From Minisyncoccota bacterium (lineage in GTDB: Bacteria; Patescibacteriota; Minisyncoccia; Phycocordibacterales; Phycocordibacteraceae), in assembly GCA_038106525.1 (NCBI GenBank), contig JAYOEC010000001.1:24876-88875 (forward strand): DNA of 64,000 nucleotides, read 5' to 3'. Shown here piece by piece: positions 63,894 through 64,000 of this stretch. The translations under genes were made by a program, and so were the position numbers. Position 1 is the stretch's first letter. The number at the start of each line of letters is the position of its first letter. A model generated the notes under the pieces. That model made no database searches and had not been told where the DNA came from. It saw nothing but the letters and a program-made list of their open reading frames with translations.

Positions 63894-64000
63894 CTGAACA
63901 GGCCAGTAGATTAAAAGCGGGGTGAGCCAGGTGACACTATCCAACACTGACTTGAAGACCACCTCGTGAAGCCGCATCGGCTGATCAACAAACTCTATAA
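63873..64000 (-). CDS. C-terminal fragment of an unidentified gene entering from beyond the window
   Basis: Open frame ...IEFVDQPMRLHEVVFKSVLDSVTWLTPLLIYWPVQLFRQRQ* converging on the ZIP gene. Confidence 0.35.
   Translation of the reverse strand, partial: IEFVDQPMRLHEVVFKSVLDSVTWLTPLLIYWPVQLFRQRQ

Overview
Gene-dense core-genome window from a small-genome bacterium, most likely Patescibacteria/CPR (Parcubacteria-like). The assignment is inferred from the divergent 16S, the absence of the anti-Shine-Dalgarno sequence, the archaeal-type PyrH, the alpha2 GlyRS and the lack of rplA after rplK. It uses the standard code (TGA is stop, many ATGA overlaps). Contents: surface-glycan glycosyltransferases; an Mpl-like ligase coupled to an ATE/Bpt-like aminoacyl-transferase; tRNA-Leu and tRNA-Ile; unlinked rRNA genes (23S-5S about 10 kb from 16S, each with its own promoter); secDF, folD, rodA, rplJL with its leader RNA; a 1157-aa S-layer-like protein; ftsK, recA, an ECF sigma factor, efp, rpsF-ssb-rpsR; four aminoacyl-tRNA synthetases; a thymidylate cluster; secE-nusG-rplK; and a Fur/Zur-centred metal cluster. 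I saw no CRISPR array, transposase or prophage. Best candidates for new biology: (1) a CYTH enzyme placed where a dUTPase is expected in a CYTH-dcd-thyA-glyA/folA cluster; (2) the divergent Mpl plus tRNA-dependent transferase pair abutting tRNA-Leu; (3) IleRS with an inserted histidine-phosphatase domain and a GLHH motif; (4) a Zur-like regulon with a CooC-like ATPase. All calls come from reading motifs by eye, with no database searches, and RNA ends and start codons are approximate.
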